From Torpedo marmorata (taxonomy: Eukaryota), in assembly GCA_977017645.1 (NCBI GenBank), contig OZ360230.1, positions 65,782,001 through 65,846,000 of the forward strand: DNA of 64,000 bases. Reading direction: 5' to 3'. Below are positions 1 to 13,275 of the stretch, piece by piece. Under the pieces are notes generated by a model. It did not search any database and was not told where the DNA came from. It saw only the letters and a program-made list of their open reading frames with translations. Position 1 is the first letter of the stretch; every line of letters starts with the position of its first letter. A program made the translations under genes and the position numbers.

Positions 1-1134
1 TACCAAACTTCGTCGGCTTGGTATCAGCTCATCCCTCTGTAATTGGATTTTGGACTTTCTAACGAACAGACCCCAATCTGTTAAGTTAGGCAATCTTTTC
101 TCTTCCATTCTCACCTTGAATACCGGCGTACCTCAGGGCTGTGTGTTGAGCCCTCTTTTGTATTCCCTTTTTACCTCTGACTGCGTTCCTGTACATAGTA
201 CGAACTCTATAATCAAGTTCGCAGATGACACCACGGTGGTTGGCCTGATCAGTGGGGGCGATGAAACGGCCTATAGGGATGAGGTTCAGCACCTGGCCTT
301 GTGTTGTGCCGATATAACCTGTCACTTAATACTCAGAAGACCAAGGAGATCGTTGTGGACTTCAGGCGTGCTGGAAGCCACACTCACGTCCCTATTTACA
401 TCCATGGAGTTGTGGTGGAACGTGTGTCAAGCTTTAAATTTCTTGGCGTCCATATTTCCGAAGATCTTACTTGGTCCTTGAATTCTTCAATGCTGCTTAA
501 AAAGGCACAACAGCGTCTTTACTTTCTGCGAAGCATGAGGAAGGTACACCTCTGTCCCAGGATATTGCTGGATTTCTATAGATGCACCATTGAGAGTGTA
601 CTAACATCTGGCATCTCGGCGTGGTATGGTAACTGCCTAGTACATGACCGCAAGGTACTCCAGAGGGTGGTGAAAACTACCCAGCGGATTATTGGCATGC
701 AGTTGCCTACCATCGAGAACATCTATAGAGAACGGTGTCTGGGCAGGGCGAGGAACATAATTCAGGATGCATCACACACAAATCACGGACTTTTTACTCT
801 TTTCCCATCGGGCAGACGCTACAGGAGCCTTCGCTCGCGTACCAGCAGGCTGAAGAAGAGTTTCTTTCATGAGGCTGTGAGCCTGATGAACATTGAATCA
901 CAGCGCTGAGTGGTACTGCACTCACAGTGTAATATCAGTACTTTTATAATAGTTTGTTTGTTGAAGAGGTTGTTGTTTTGTTGAATAGGTTGTTGTTGGT
1001 TTTAATTGCACATGTTTTACTGTGATGTCTATAGCACTATTTTTTAACTTCTGGTTGGATGCTAGTTGTATCTCATTGGCTTGTTTTGAACTGGTACAAT
1101 GACAATAAAGTGTATCTAATCTAATCTAATCTAA
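1..1134 (+). mobile_element. Rex1/Babar-type LINE, 3' part (RT C-terminus, DUF1891-like region, 3' UTR)
   Basis: ORF 50-481 has RT motifs [12 protein letters not shown] and KFADD; it frameshifts into ORF 301-909 (KAQQRLYFLR...FYRCTIES...LFPSGRRYRS); ends in TGACAATAAA plus an (ATCTA)n tail at ~1100-1134. Confidence 0.9.
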
Positions 1135-1420
1135 ACCAGAGGACATGGGTTAAGGGTGAAAGGGGAAAAGTTTAAAGGGATCATTAGGGAAAACTTCTTC
1201 ATGCAGAGAATAGTGGGAGTGTGGAATGAGCTGCCAGCTGAATTGGTGAATGCAAATACAATTTTGACCTTTATGACAAATTGGGCAGGTGCATGGATGG
1301 GAAGGGTAGGGAGGGATATGGTCTGGCTGTAGGTCAGTGGGACAGGCATAATAATAGTTTGGCATGGACTGGAAGGGCCAAAGGGCCAGTTTCTGTGCTG
1401 TAGTGATCTATGGTTCTATG
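1135..1420 (+). mobile_element. CR1 LINE 3' fragment
   Basis: TRGHGLRVKGEKF-type C-terminus and CTATGGTTCTATGG tail; matches 52862-53166. Confidence 0.85.
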
Positions 1421-1552
1421 GATGAGAACCTTTAAGAATATGGCCAAGCATGGCATGAGGACAAAACCATAACTCAAATGAGTGCAGACTGCATAGAATA
1501 CAGGCTACAAATCCAATAAAATAGAACACACCACCCTGACTTGGACACATAT

Positions 1553-1890
1553 TTTTTCTTTTGAGTGACAAAGGATGAGAGGTGACTTATAGAGGTACAT
1601 AAGATTATGAGGGGCCTGGACAGCGACGTACAGACCGCTGGCAAAGCAAACTAGCCAAGTTCACAGGGAGATCAGGATGTGGCCAAGATGTCAGGAATGC
1701 ATTGCCATGGGTGGTGTTGGAGCTGGTACAATAGGGACATTCAAATGATTCTTGGATAGGTACATGGATGCAAAAAAATGGAGGGTTATGGGTGTGAGCT
1801 AGGGAAAATTTAGATTGTTGTGGAGGAGGTTTACATAGGTTGGCCCAACATCGTGGGCTGGAGCCTGTACTGTGCTGTAATGTTCTTTAT
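1553..1890 (+). mobile_element. CR1 LINE 3' fragment
   Basis: GATGAGAGGTGACTTATAGAGG (MRGDLIEV) motif and GCCTGTACTGTGCTGTAATGTTCT end. Confidence 0.8.
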
Positions 1891-3417
1891 TGTACTTATT
1901 GTACTAGCATTCACCATCACTCCCAGCAATGCATTCCAGGGACCCACCACTCGCTGTGTAAAAAACATATCTCTGGCGTATCCCCTGAACCTTCCTTCAC
2001 TCACCATAAACCGATGTTCTCTGTTATTTGCTATTGTTGCCCCAGGAAAATGGTGATGGTTGTACACCCTATTTAAGCCCCTCATAATCTTATACACCTC
2101 TATTAAGTCATCTTTCATCCTTCTTCACTCCAAAGAAAAAAGCCCAAGCTCTTTCAACCTTGCTTCATAAGACACGTTCTCCAATCCAGGCAACATCCTG
2201 GTGGATCTCCTCTGTGTCAACTCTAAAGCATCTACATCCTTCCAATAATGAGGTGACCAGAACTGAACACAATACTCCAAATATGGTCTAACCAGAGTTT
2301 TATAGATCTGCAACATTATCTTGATGCTCTTGAACTCAATCCCTTGACTAATGAAGGCCAACACACCACGCACCTTCTTAACCATCCTATCAACCTGGAG
2401 TACTGTCTTCAACCTTGAGGGGTGAATGGACTTGGACCCCATGATCTCCCTGTTAAGAATCCCACCATTAGTCACATACTCAGCCTTCAGGTTTGACCTT
2501 CCAAAGTGCATCACTTCACACTTGTCTGGATTGAACTCCATCTGCCACTTCTCTGCCCCAATTCTGCATCCTATCTATATCCTGTTGTAAATTATAACAA
2601 CCTTCTGCACTATCCACAGCACCGCCAACCTTTGTATCATCTGCAAACTAATTGACCCATCCTCCACTCTTCATCCAAGTCAATCATAAAAATCCAAGAG
2701 CAGGAGTCCCAGAACAGATCCTTGCAGAATGCCACTAGTCACTGACCTCCAGGCAGAATACATTCCATCTACTACTATCCTCTTCTTTCTGTAGGCAAGC
2801 TAATTCCAAATTCAAGCAGCCAAGATACCTTGGATCCCATGCCTCATGACTTTCTGAATAAGCCTACCATGGGGTACCTTGTAAAACACCTTACTAAAAT
2901 TCACATACACTGGCTTGCTTTCATCAATTTCATTTATCGCCTCCTTGAAAAACTCAATTTGGCTTGTGAGGCATGACCTGCCTCTTACAAGACATGCCGA
3001 CGATCCTTGAGAAGACAATGCTTCTCTAAATGCTTGTAAATTCTGCCTCTAAGGATCCTCTCCAATAGTTAGACTCACTGGTCTATAATTCCCAGGATTC
3101 TCCCTCTTACCTTTCTTAAACAAGGGGGCTACAATTTTAATTTTCCAATCCGGCATCATCTTTCCTGTGGCCAGGGAGGACACAAAGATCATCGCCAATG
3201 CTCCAGCAATCTCTTCCCTTGCTTCCTGCAATAACCTGGGGTATATCCCATTCAGTTCCAGGGACTTATCTATCCTAATATTTTTAAGAAGATCCAGCAT
3301 TTCCTCATTCTTAACCTTAACATGCTCCAGCACATTAGCCTGTTCTACGCTGACCTCACCCTAGTGAACACTAAAGCAGAATATTCATTTAAACTTCCCG
3401 TGCCTCCAAACACATAT

Positions 3418-4210
3418 CAAGATTCAATTCAATTTATTGTCATAGTAATAAGACAGTGTCATATTCCATGAAATTCCTTTTTGCCTGCTGCAAGGCAGAC
3501 AGATTCGCCACCGGCAGAAATTGCCTAAGCGCCTCTAACATTCCTTACAGTCAGAGAAAGAGAAGCAAAAGAAAGTCCCCCCAGAATCACCAAGTGTCCA
3601 TAGATTCGCCTCCAGCGATTCCGCAGCCTCCGCAGCCACACAGAGTCCAGTCCAAACCATCGGCATCCCGAGCTCCAGATCCGAACCTCCAACACGGTCA
3701 GGTCGCCATCGGCACCTCCTCGCATCCCGGTTCCGATACCTGGTACTCCTCCAGCCAGTTCGAGCCAGCCTCCAGCAGTCCGCAGCCTGGTGTGAGTCCC
3801 CCGACAGCAGTCTCCAGCAGCCCACAGCCTCCGCGGGTTCCTCGCCTCGAGTCGCCAGCAGCCCGCCGCTTGCACTGGTCCTTCAGCCTCAGATCCCCTC
3901 ACCGGTCCGCCGCCCTGGTCACCGTCCCGTGGGTCATCTCCTCCGCTTCTCCTTCTCAGACGGGGGTGATCTTCCCGTCCTCTGGTGCCCTGCTCCAGTC
4001 CCCCGCTTCCCTGGAATCTGCAGCCCCTCGTGGCTGCTGCCGGTTAAAAGGCGCTGCCATCTTGGGCGCAGACCCCGCGGTCGCGGGATCTTAAATAAAA
4101 CCACCGTCGGCTCCTTTAACGGGCCGTTCAAAGCCTGTGCGGAACCGATGGTAGTTGACTGGGCGGCTGGAATCCGCGGGAGCGCTGTATCTCCGCTCCC
4201 TCGCTCCCCG
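3418..4210 (-). mobile_element. CpG-rich non-autonomous retroelement, copy 1 (~790 bp)
   Basis: Reverse complement of 41729-42521; AATAAA + TTGAAT(C) repeat tail; splits the host CR1 and is flanked by CATAT (3413-3417 / 4211-4215). Confidence 0.85.
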
Positions 4211-5185
4211 CATATTCCCCCTTTAACCCTAATTGGTCCTTCTCTCACTCTAGTTATCCTTATGTTCTTTACGTACATGTAGAACCCCTTTGGATTTTCC
4301 GTAATCCTACTTTCCAAGGCCTTCCCATGGCCTCTTCTAGATCTCCCAAGACCTTTTTTAAGTTCCTTCCTGGCTACCATACAATTCACAAGAGCTCTTC
4401 CTGACTTTTGCTTCCTTATCCTTATGTATGCTTCCTTCTTCCTCTTGACTAGCTGCCCCACCTCTCTTGTCAAACACGACTCCTTTCCACTGCTACCCTT
4501 TCCCTGTCTCAGTGGGACAAACCTACCCTGAACCCCACGCACCTGATACCTAAACATCCTCCACATTTCTGCTATGCATTTCCCAGGGAACATCTGTACT
4601 GAATTTACTCCCCCAAGTTCATGCCTAATCCCATCATTATTAGCCTTTCCCAATAAACACTTTCCCATTTTGTCTACTCCTATCCTTGTCCACAGTTATG
4701 CTAAAGGTCAGAGAGTGGTGGTCACGGTCTCAGAAATGCTCACCCACCAAGAGGTCTGTCAATTGACCAGGTCCATTACCCAGTACTAGATCCAGTATGG
4801 CCTCTCCTCTAGTTGGCTGGTCCACATACTGTGTGAGGAATCCTTCTTGAACACACTTGACAAATTCTGTCCCATCTGAACCTTTTGCGCTAAGGAGGTG
4901 CCAGTCAATTTTTGGGAAGTTGAACGCTCCCACAGCAACAACCCTGTTATTTTTGTTCCTCTCCAAAAATCCATCTACTTATTTGATCCTCTGTGCCCCG
5001 GTGGCAACTTGGTGACCGTTCCCTTCGTTTTTCTTACTTTCACCCACACTGACTCAGTATACGATCCCTCCGCTGCGTCCTGTCTTTCTGTAGCTGTGAT
5101 ACTCTTCCTGATTAGCAATGTCACTCCTTTACCTCCCCCCTTATCCCTTTTGAACCATCTCAGAAATGCTCACCCACCAAGAGGT

Positions 5186-5649
5186 GGGTGAGCTGGGACT
5201 TTTCTCTTTGGAGTGTAGAAGGATGAGAGACTTGATAGAGGTCTACAAGATTATGAGAGGCATAGATAGGGTGGACAGCCAGCACCTGTTTCCCAGGGCA
5301 GGATCAGCAAACACCAGAGGACATATGTACAAAGTTAAGGGAGGGAAGTTTATGGGAGACATCAGGGGTAAGCTTTTTTTTTTGTTTTTAAAAATTTTTT
5401 TTAAATGTTTTAAAATTTTTACACAGAGAGTTGTGGGTGCCTGGAATGCCGTGCTGGGGATGGTGGTGGAGACTGAAACATTGGGGGCATTTAAGAGACT
5501 CTTAGACAGACACATGGATGAAAGAAAAATGGAGGGTTATGGGGTAGGGAGGTTTTAGTACTTTTTTTTTTAAGGAAGGAATATATAGGTTGGCACAACA
5601 TCGAGGGCCGAAGGGCCTGTACTGTGCTGTATTGTTCTATGTTCTATGT
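5186..5649 (+). mobile_element. CR1 LINE 3' fragment inserted in the older minus-strand CR1
   Basis: ELGLFSLECRRMRDLIEVYKIMRG...FTQRVVGAWN; (GTTCTAT)n tail. Confidence 0.9.
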
Positions 5650-6376
5650 AAAGCCTTGAACATGCATCAGCTAATCCTGTCCTGGCATCAATCAAGTCTC
5701 TGTAATGGCCGCAACATCATAATTCCATGCATTGATCCATGCTCTGTTCAATGTCCTTATTCTTAATACCTCTTGCATTAAAGTGCATAGATTTCACCGC
5801 ATCCAACTGACTGTATTGATGCTTCATCCACTGCCTGTCCTTCCTCATAGTATAGTACATGGTACCTATTGCATCTTCAGCTTGTTCCCAAGTTTAAAAG
5901 CCAATGAAATGCAACCATTGAGTAATGTAGGAGCACATTAATCCTATTGTCTATAACAAACTACAAAAAGCAATGTGATAATCTGTCAGCGTGCACCAAG
6001 CAAATTGAAAGCAGGGCCTCCACGGCAGTCTGTTGGATGGGATGCCCGAGAGATTTAGTACAAATTTCCCATATACAGTGAGCACATTTCAAGTATATTC
6101 TTATGTCTACATTTCCAGAATACTTCATTAAATACAAAATGCTTTGGCATATCCTTAAAGGAAAGTGAAAAGTGCTGCAGAAACACATCCATTTTTTCCT
6201 CAAGAGCAGTGAAAAAGTTGTGATGACTGAAGGTTCAATGGAACTCGCAGATAGAGGAGCAACAAAGTCAAAGAGTGATTTAACGCAGTGACAGGAGTTT
6301 ACATGAAGAATTGACTGGTAACCAATGTAAGTAAAGAGGGGAGTGTGTAGGACACAATGCAGGATATTCTCTAGGC

Positions 6377-6998
6377 CAGGGGTTCCCAAACTTTTTAAAC
6401 TCACGGAACCCTTTTGAGGAGCACTTGGAAATCGCGGAACCCCAATGGTCATTTACAGTTTAAAAGACCTGGTATATACACAAGCATATAAATAAATAAA
6501 TATAAAGCATATAAAAAAGTAAATAAACTCACCAGTAGCGGATTAACTTCCACCCGGGCCCTAGGCTGAGCTTCAGTAAGGCCCCCCCCCCCTGACCTTG
6601 CCCTGCCATGGGCCCGGGCTACCACCGCCGCCCCTCGCTCCCCGCCACAGGCCTGGCTGCCCCCGTCGCCCCTCGCTCCCCGTTTAGGGAGCGAGCGAGT
6701 GAGCGAGAAGAGGGGGAGGCAGTTTAAATTTTAAAAATGAGGCCAGCCTCGCGCCAAAAGAAATCCGAGTCTTATTGGTTGAAAATGGCGTCTTGAGGCC
6801 TGACGTCTGCGCTGCCGACATCAGGCCTCAAGACGCCATTTTGTTTTGTTAGCGTCAAGCAACTGTTTAGAAACAGGTAAAAAGTAATTTAAATTTAAAT
6901 TAAATAAAAACAGTTTTTTTACAAGTTTTAGTTATTAGTACCCATTTCTTCCGCGGAACCTCTGAGCCTTTCCGCAGAACCCAGTTTGGGAAATGCTG
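6377..6998. mobile_element. hAT (Charlie-like) MITE
   Basis: Termini CAGGGGTTCCCAAACT / AGTTTGGGAAATGCTG; 8-bp flanks CTCTAGGC / CTCTGGGG resemble the Charlie NTCTAGAN target; subterminal CGGAACC motifs. Confidence 0.85.
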
Positions 6999-6999
6999 C

Positions 7000-7275
7000 T
7001 CTGGGGATTTGTTCACTTTAATTGGCTCCAATGCCTCCTCCTTGTTAGTTATTACATGGTCCATGACATTGCAATTCATTTGCTTCAATTCCTTGGCTTC
7101 CACAATCTTCTCTATGGTGAAGGCTGATGAAAACAATTACCGGTAATTTAAAATCTCATCCAGCTCCTGCAGCTCCATGTAAAAGATGGCCAAATTGATC
7201 TTTAATGGGATCAATTCTCTCGAGCCATCCTTTCACTCTTACTATACCTATCGAATCTCTTAGGATTTTCCTTCT
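7000..7275 (-). mobile_element. Old CR1 fragment
   Basis: FSSAFTIE...IKVNKSP similarity to the CR1 pre-RT region; ENPK-type motif. Confidence 0.65.
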
Positions 7276-8085
7276 TATTCAATATTTTTATTGGTTTCAT
7301 CAGATAAATGTTATATAGGTACATGACAATAAAATAAAATATTAACACATCTAATATAGTAGTAAAAATGGTATTGAAACCTACGTTACATTGAAAAGAA
7401 GTTAAAAAAAAAACACTATACTAATTATCTAGTTATCAATCCCCTCCATTTGGAGGCTACTGGCTTAACACAAACAGTCCACTACTAATAATAAAAAAAA
7501 GACAGTAAACAATGGGGTCAAAAACCAGAAACTAATTAATCTTACAAATTTTGAAAATAATTAAGATAGGAAACCCATAAAGAAACAAAGTTAAGATTTC
7601 ATTTCAGTAGTGGAACATCTCATTTTTTCCAAAGTCAGACATGCCATCATATCGGACAACCATTGATTATGAGTGGGAGGGACAACATCTTTCCATCTCA
7701 TTAATATGGCCCTTCTAGCGATAAGGGAGGCGAGGGCAACTACATGGGACTGTGAAGCAGTCAATATCAACCCAGTTGGCCCACTTATTCCAAAGAGAGC
7801 AAGAAAAGGGTTTGGAGTCAAAGTAATATTAAGAACTAAAGACAAGGTACGAAATATCCCTTCCCAAAAATTGGAAAGAGAAGGACATAACCAGAACATA
7901 TGATACAGTGTACCTTCTTCAGTTATACATTTAGATGAGAGATTAGAATAGAATTTAGCAAATTGGACTTTGGAATAGTGGGCTCGGTGCACTACCTTAA
8001 ATTGTAATAATGAATGTCTAGCACAAAGAGAGGATGAATGCACTGGCTTTAAAATAGAGTTCCATGTAGTTTCAGAAAATAGCTG
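7276..8085 (-). mobile_element. L1/Tx1-like LINE 3' end
   Basis: ORF 7591-8139 has SLCARHSLLQFKVVHR...HMFWLCP...WKD (L1 C-terminal Cys/His domain); AT-rich 3' UTR with AATAAA at ~7290. Confidence 0.85.
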
Positions 8086-8139
8086 TTGAAAATCCTGTCC
8101 CCGGGATTTTCCTTCATCCTGCCTGACAGACCATCTCAT

Positions 8140-8645
8140 GTGCTCTTTTTGGATGGTTAGATTATTATATAAATGGTGAAAGATTGCAGCACACTGTTGT
8201 GCAGAGGGATCTGAGAGTGCTTATATATAAATTACAAGAAGTTGGTTTGCAGGTGCAACAGGTAGTCAATAAGGCCTTCATTACTAGAGCAATTGAATTT
8301 AAGAGCAGGGAGGTTCTGCTGCAACTGCACAGAGGACTGGTGAGGCCGCACCTGGAATACTCTGAGAAGTTCTGGTCTTCTTACAAGATATACTAACTTT
8401 GGAGGCGGTGCAGAGGAGGTTCACCAGGTTGATCGAGAGATGAAGGGTTAGCATATGAGGAGAGATTGAGTCGTCTGGAATTATATTCGCTGGAATACAG
8501 AAGAATGAGAGGTGATCTTATAGAAACATAAAATTATGAAAAGGATAGATAAGATAGAAGGAGGGAGATTGTTTCCACTGATAGGTGAGACTGGAACTAG
8601 GGGACATAGCCTCATGATTCAGGGGAGTAGACATAGGGACAGAGA
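8140..8645 (+). mobile_element. CR1 fragment (RT C-terminus)
   Basis: QRDLRVL, LVRPHLEYSEKFWS, TRGHSL motifs. Confidence 0.8.
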
Positions 8646-8654
8646 TAAAACCAC

Positions 8655-11600
8655 GGTACAGGAGGGAAGGTTTCAGGTTTCTGGATCATTGGGCTCTCTT
8701 CCAGGGAAGGTGGGACCTGTTCCGACGGGACGGTTTGCATCTGAACTGAAGAGGGACTAATATCCTTGCAGGAAGGTTTGCTAGTGCTGCTCCGGTGGGT
8801 TTAAACTAGATTTGCAGGGGGATGGGAACCAGAGTGCCAGAGCAGATAGAGGAGTGGAGAAGGGAAAAGATGACGTGAAAATTACATGCACCATTAGAAG
8901 TCAACGGGTTGTACGTGTTGGAAATTTTCTAAGGTGTATCTATTTCAATGCAAGGAGTATTGCAGGAAAGGCAGACAATCTTAGAGCGTGGATCGGCACG
9001 TGGAATTATGACATTGTGGCCATTAGTGAAACTTGGTTGCAGGAGGGGCAGGACAGGCAGCTCAATGTTCCGGGCTTCCGTTGTTTTAGACGCGATAGAA
9101 TGGGGGGGGGGTGGAATGAAAGGGGGAGGAGTGGCATTGCTCGTCAGGGAAAAATATCACAGCTGTGCTCAGGCAGGATAGACCAGAGGGCTCATCTACT
9201 GAGGCTATTTGGGTGGAGCTGAGGAATGGGAAAGGTATGACCACACTCATGCGGTTGTATTATAGACCGCCCAATAGTCAGCGAGAATTGGAGGAGCAAA
9301 TCTGTAGAGAGATAGCAGACAGTTGCAGGAAACAAAGTTGTGATAGTAGGAGATTTTAACTTTCCACATATTGACTGGGACTCCCATACTGTAAAAGGGC
9401 TGGATGGCTTGGAGTTTGTCATATGTGTTCAGGAAGAATTTCTAAATCAATATATAGAGGTACCAACTGGAGAGAAGGCAATTAGGGAACGAGACAGGAC
9501 AGGTGACAAAAGTATGTGTAGGGGAACATTTTAGGTCCAGTGATTTTGAGGAAATAAGAAAGGATCTAGAAGGCGTGGATTAGGATAAGTTGTTTTCCGA
9601 CAAGGATGTGCGAGGTAAGTGGAGGACCTTCAAAGGTAAAATATTGAGAGTACAGAGTTTATGTTCCTGTCAGGATCAAAGGCAAGGTTCGCAGGCATAG
9701 GCAACCTTAGTTTTTGAGGGATATTGGGGATCTGGTTCGGAAGGTGTATAGCAGGTATCGGCAACATGGAGCAAATGAGGTACTTGAGGTGTATATAAAA
9801 TGCAAGAAAAACCTCAAGATAAAAACCAGGAAGGCTAAAAGAAGACATGAGGTTGCTTTGGCAGACAATGTGATGGAAAATCCTAAGGGTTTCTACAGGT
9901 ATATTAAGAGCAAAAGGATAGTAAGGAACAAAATTGGTCCCCTTGAATATCAGAGTGGTCAGCTTTGTATGGAGCCAAAAGAGATGGGGAGATCTTAAAT
10001 GTTTTTTTTTTTCAACAGTATTCACTCAGGAAACAGGCACAGAGTCATGGGAAGTAAGGAAAACAAGCAGTGAGGTCACGGAACCTATACAGATTAAAGA
10101 GGAGGAAGTGCTTGCTGTCTTAAAGCAAATAAGGGTGGGTAAATCCCCAGGGCCTGACAAGATATTCCCTCAGACCTTGAGGGAGGCTAGTGTAGAAATT
10201 GCAGGGGCTCTGGCAGAAATATTTAAAATGTCCTTAGCCATGGGTGTGGTGCCGGAGGATTGGAGGGTAGCTCACGTTGTTTGTTGTTTAAAAAAGGCTC
10301 CAAAAGTAACCCTGGAAATTATAGGGCAGTGAACCTGATGTCAGTAGTAGGTAAATTATTGGAAGCTGTTCAAAGAGATCAGATATACAATTATTTGGAT
10401 AGCCAGAAACTGATTAGGGATAGTCAACATGGTAGGTCATGTTTAACCAATCTTATAGAATTTTTCGAAGAGGTTACCAGGAAAGTTGACGAAGGAAAGG
10501 CTGTGGATGTTGTCTACATGGACTTTATTAAGGCCTTTGACAAGGTCCCACATGGAAGGTTAGTCAGGAAGGTTCAGACGCTAGGTATTCATGGTGAAGT
10601 TGTGAACTGTATTCGCAATGGCTGGAAGGGAGAAGCCAGAGAGTAGTGGTGGATGATTGCTTCTCAGACTGGACGCCTGTGACGAGTGGTGTGCCTCAGG
10701 GATTGGTGCTGGGATCATTGTTATTTTTAATCTATATCAATGATCTGGATGATAATGTGGTAAATTGGATCAGCAGGTTTGCAGATGACACTAAGATTGG
10801 AGGTGTTGTAGACAGCAAAGAAGGTTTTCAAAGCTTGCAGAAGGATCTGGACCAGCTGGAAAATGGGCTGAAAAATGGCAGATGAAATTTAATGCAGACA
10901 AGTGTGAGATGTTACATTTTGGAAGGACAAACCAAGGAAGGACATACACGGTAAATGGTAGGGCACTGAGGAGTGCTGTAGAACAGAGGGATCTGGGAAT
11001 ACAGATACATAATTCCCTGAAAGTGGCATCACAGGTGGATAGGGTTGTAAAGAGAGCTTTTGGAATATTGACCTTCATAAATCAAAATATTGAGTACAGG
11101 AGTTGGGATGTTATGTTAAAGTTGTATAAGACATTGGTGAGGCCAAATTTGGAGTATTTTGTGCAGTTTTGGTCACCTAACTACAGGAAAGATATCAATA
11201 AGATAGAAAGAGTGCAGAGAAGATTTATTTGGATGTTGCCAGGACTTCAGGAACTGAGTTACAGGGAAAGGTTAAACAGGTTAGGACTTTATTCCCTGGA
11301 GTGTAGAAGAATGAGGGGAGATTTGATAGAGGTATTTAAAATTATGAGGGGGATAGACAGAGTAAATGGAGATAGGCATTTTCCACTGAGGGTAGGTGAG
11401 ATACGAACCAGAGGACATGGGTTCAGGGTGAAAGGGGAAAAGCTTAGGGGGAACTTCTTCACACAGAGAGTGGTGGGGGTGTGGAACGAGCTTCCAGCTG
11501 AGGTGGTGAATGTGGGCTCAATTTTAACATTCAAGAGGAATTTGGGCAGGTACATGAATGCGCGAGGTATGGACTGGGTGCAGGTCGGTGCGACTAGGAA

Positions 11601-11671
11601 AAAAAATAGTTCGGCACGGACTGGAAGGGCCAAAGGGGGTCTGTTTCTGTCCTGTAATGTTCTATGGTTCT
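8655..11671 (+). mobile_element. Near-complete CR1 ORF2 (end of ORF1, APE, RT, 3' tail), frameshifted
   Basis: CIYFNARSI, AISETWL, YYRPPN, VGDFNFP, NYRAVNL, KAFDKVPH, GVPQG, FADDTK; tail GTTCTATGGTTCT; same subfamily as 49312-53166. Confidence 0.95.
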
Positions 11672-11915
11672 GTAAGGAGGAACTGTTGCTCCAAAAGAGT
11701 AGTGAATCTATGGAATTCTCTGCCCAAGGAAGCAGCAGAGGCTGCCTCATTAACTGTATTTAAAACAAGAGTTCAATATATTTTTGCATAGTTTGGGAAT
11801 TAAGGGTTTTGGGGAATGGTGGCTGAGTCCACAGCCAGTTCAGCCATGAACATTGAATGGTGGAACAGGCTCAACAGTCCAGATGGCTGTGTCCTCCCAT
11901 TCCTCATGTTATTAC
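11672..11915 (+). mobile_element. CR1 3' fragment of a different subfamily
   Basis: KRVVNLWNSLP; TTGAATGGTGGAACAGGCTC-type 3' UTR. Confidence 0.7.
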
Positions 11916-11924
11916 AATATGTGG

Positions 11925-12640
11925 AGCCAGGAGAACAGAGAGAAAATGAGTAGATGGAGCCAGGTGGATGGGGGAGGAGTGGTCAGGGGAGTTTGGCTGG
12001 TGGGTGAGAGGTAAAGACAGTGACAGTGTTAAGGCTGCAGATATGGAATCTGCAAAGCAAGGAAGGTGCTGGTGGAACCAGAACCAGGTAAGGGAGGGAT
12101 GATATGTAGATATATGGGTGAGGAAACCAGGTGGAGAGAAAAGAGTGCAGGCAGTGTGGGTTCGCTGAAGGTGGGAATTTCAATGTTCACACAACTGGGT
12201 TGTAGGCTATAGTTGTAGATAGTTCAAACAGCCTCTATCACTGCTCCCACCCTCCCTTCACCCGCTCACTCCATCCGCCCATCTCTTTTTTTCCCTCTTT
12301 CCTCATTTCTACCTGTCACCCACCAGCATCCCTCCTGACTCCCCTTCCCCACTCAGTTTCATCCGCCCAGCATCACCCTGATCTCCTGGTTCCATCTATC
12401 TCCTGCCAGCTGCTGTCTCACCCTCTCTCTCACCTCTTTATACTGGTTATCCCTTCTCTATACTCTCAGTCCTGATGCATGTTCTTGACCTGAAACATTG
12501 AGCATTCCTTTGCTTCTCAACCTGCTGAGTTCCTCCAGCAGTTTGTTTTTGTTCCACATTCCAGCATCTGCAGTCTCGTGATTGGGTTAATATTTCAGTT
12601 TGAGGACTCTTTGTCAGAACTGGGAAAGAGAGAAAACAAG
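11925..12640. mobile_element. Old Penelope-like terminal-repeat (pLTR) remnants in both orientations
   Basis: Purine-rich then pyrimidine-rich tracts; degenerate CTGATG...GAAAC motif at ~12472-12496 followed by CCTGCTGAGTTCCTCCAGCA. Confidence 0.6.
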
Positions 12641-12744
12641 TTGGTTTTCTATCGTGAACCACTGATGAAGGTGCTCCCACAATGCTATTGGGAGGGTATT
12701 CTATGAGTTAGACATATTGATAAAGAACCAATGTATTTCCAAGT

Positions 12745-13190
12745 TAAAACACAATGCTGGAGAAACTCAGCAGGTCAAAGAGTGTACATTATATAGCAAA
12801 GATAAAGATACATAACCAATGTTTCGGGCTTGAGCCCTTCATGGTATGAGAAAAATGTAGGCAGTATTGCGTCTTTCCTTCAATCACGGGTAAATCATGA
12901 AAATCTGTAGACGTCGTGGTTGAAATAAAAACACAAAATGCTGGAGAAGCTCAACAGGTCAAACAGTGTCTTTATGTAGCAAAGATAAAGATACATAACC
13001 TATGTAGCAAAGGTAAAGATACATAACCTCTGTAGCAAAGGTAAAGATACATAGGTAAAGATTAAAGGTAAAGGTTATGTATCTTTACCTTTGCTACATA
13101 AAGGACACTGTTTGACCTGCTGAGCTTCTCCAGCATTTTGTGTTTTTCCTTCAATCACGATGTCGGCAGACTTTCGTGTTTTATTCCGAA
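12745..13190. mobile_element. Composite Penelope pLTR insertion including a fold-back (12891-13184)
   Basis: Matches the pLTRs at 39777-39920 and 59107-59214; inverted arms of ~110 bp; flanked by GTATTTCCAAGT (12733-12744 / 13191-13202). Confidence 0.8.
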
Positions 13191-13275
13191 GTATTTCCAA
13201 GTCAGGCTGATGTGCCTTTTGAAAACCTGGGTTACAAGGAGCAAGATTACTGAATTGCTCTTTTTAGTGGAAGAG

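Larger units (their letters stand above)
1905..5830 (-). mobile_element. Decayed CR1 LINE ORF2 (APE endonuclease + RT), interrupted at 3418-4210 and 5161-5649
   Basis: Minus ORFs with GAFNFPKIDW, PTRGEAILDLVL, PGNYRPVSLT, GRSCLT, LEYCVQFWSPH, in colinear order. Confidence 0.92.

Noticed and set aside
3456-4094. 212/214-aa and 125-aa ORFs conserved in both CpG-rich copies
   Set aside because: Open on both strands and in several frames, as expected from high GC and recent duplication; non-ATG starts, no recognisable domain, and the long ORFs shift frame between copies
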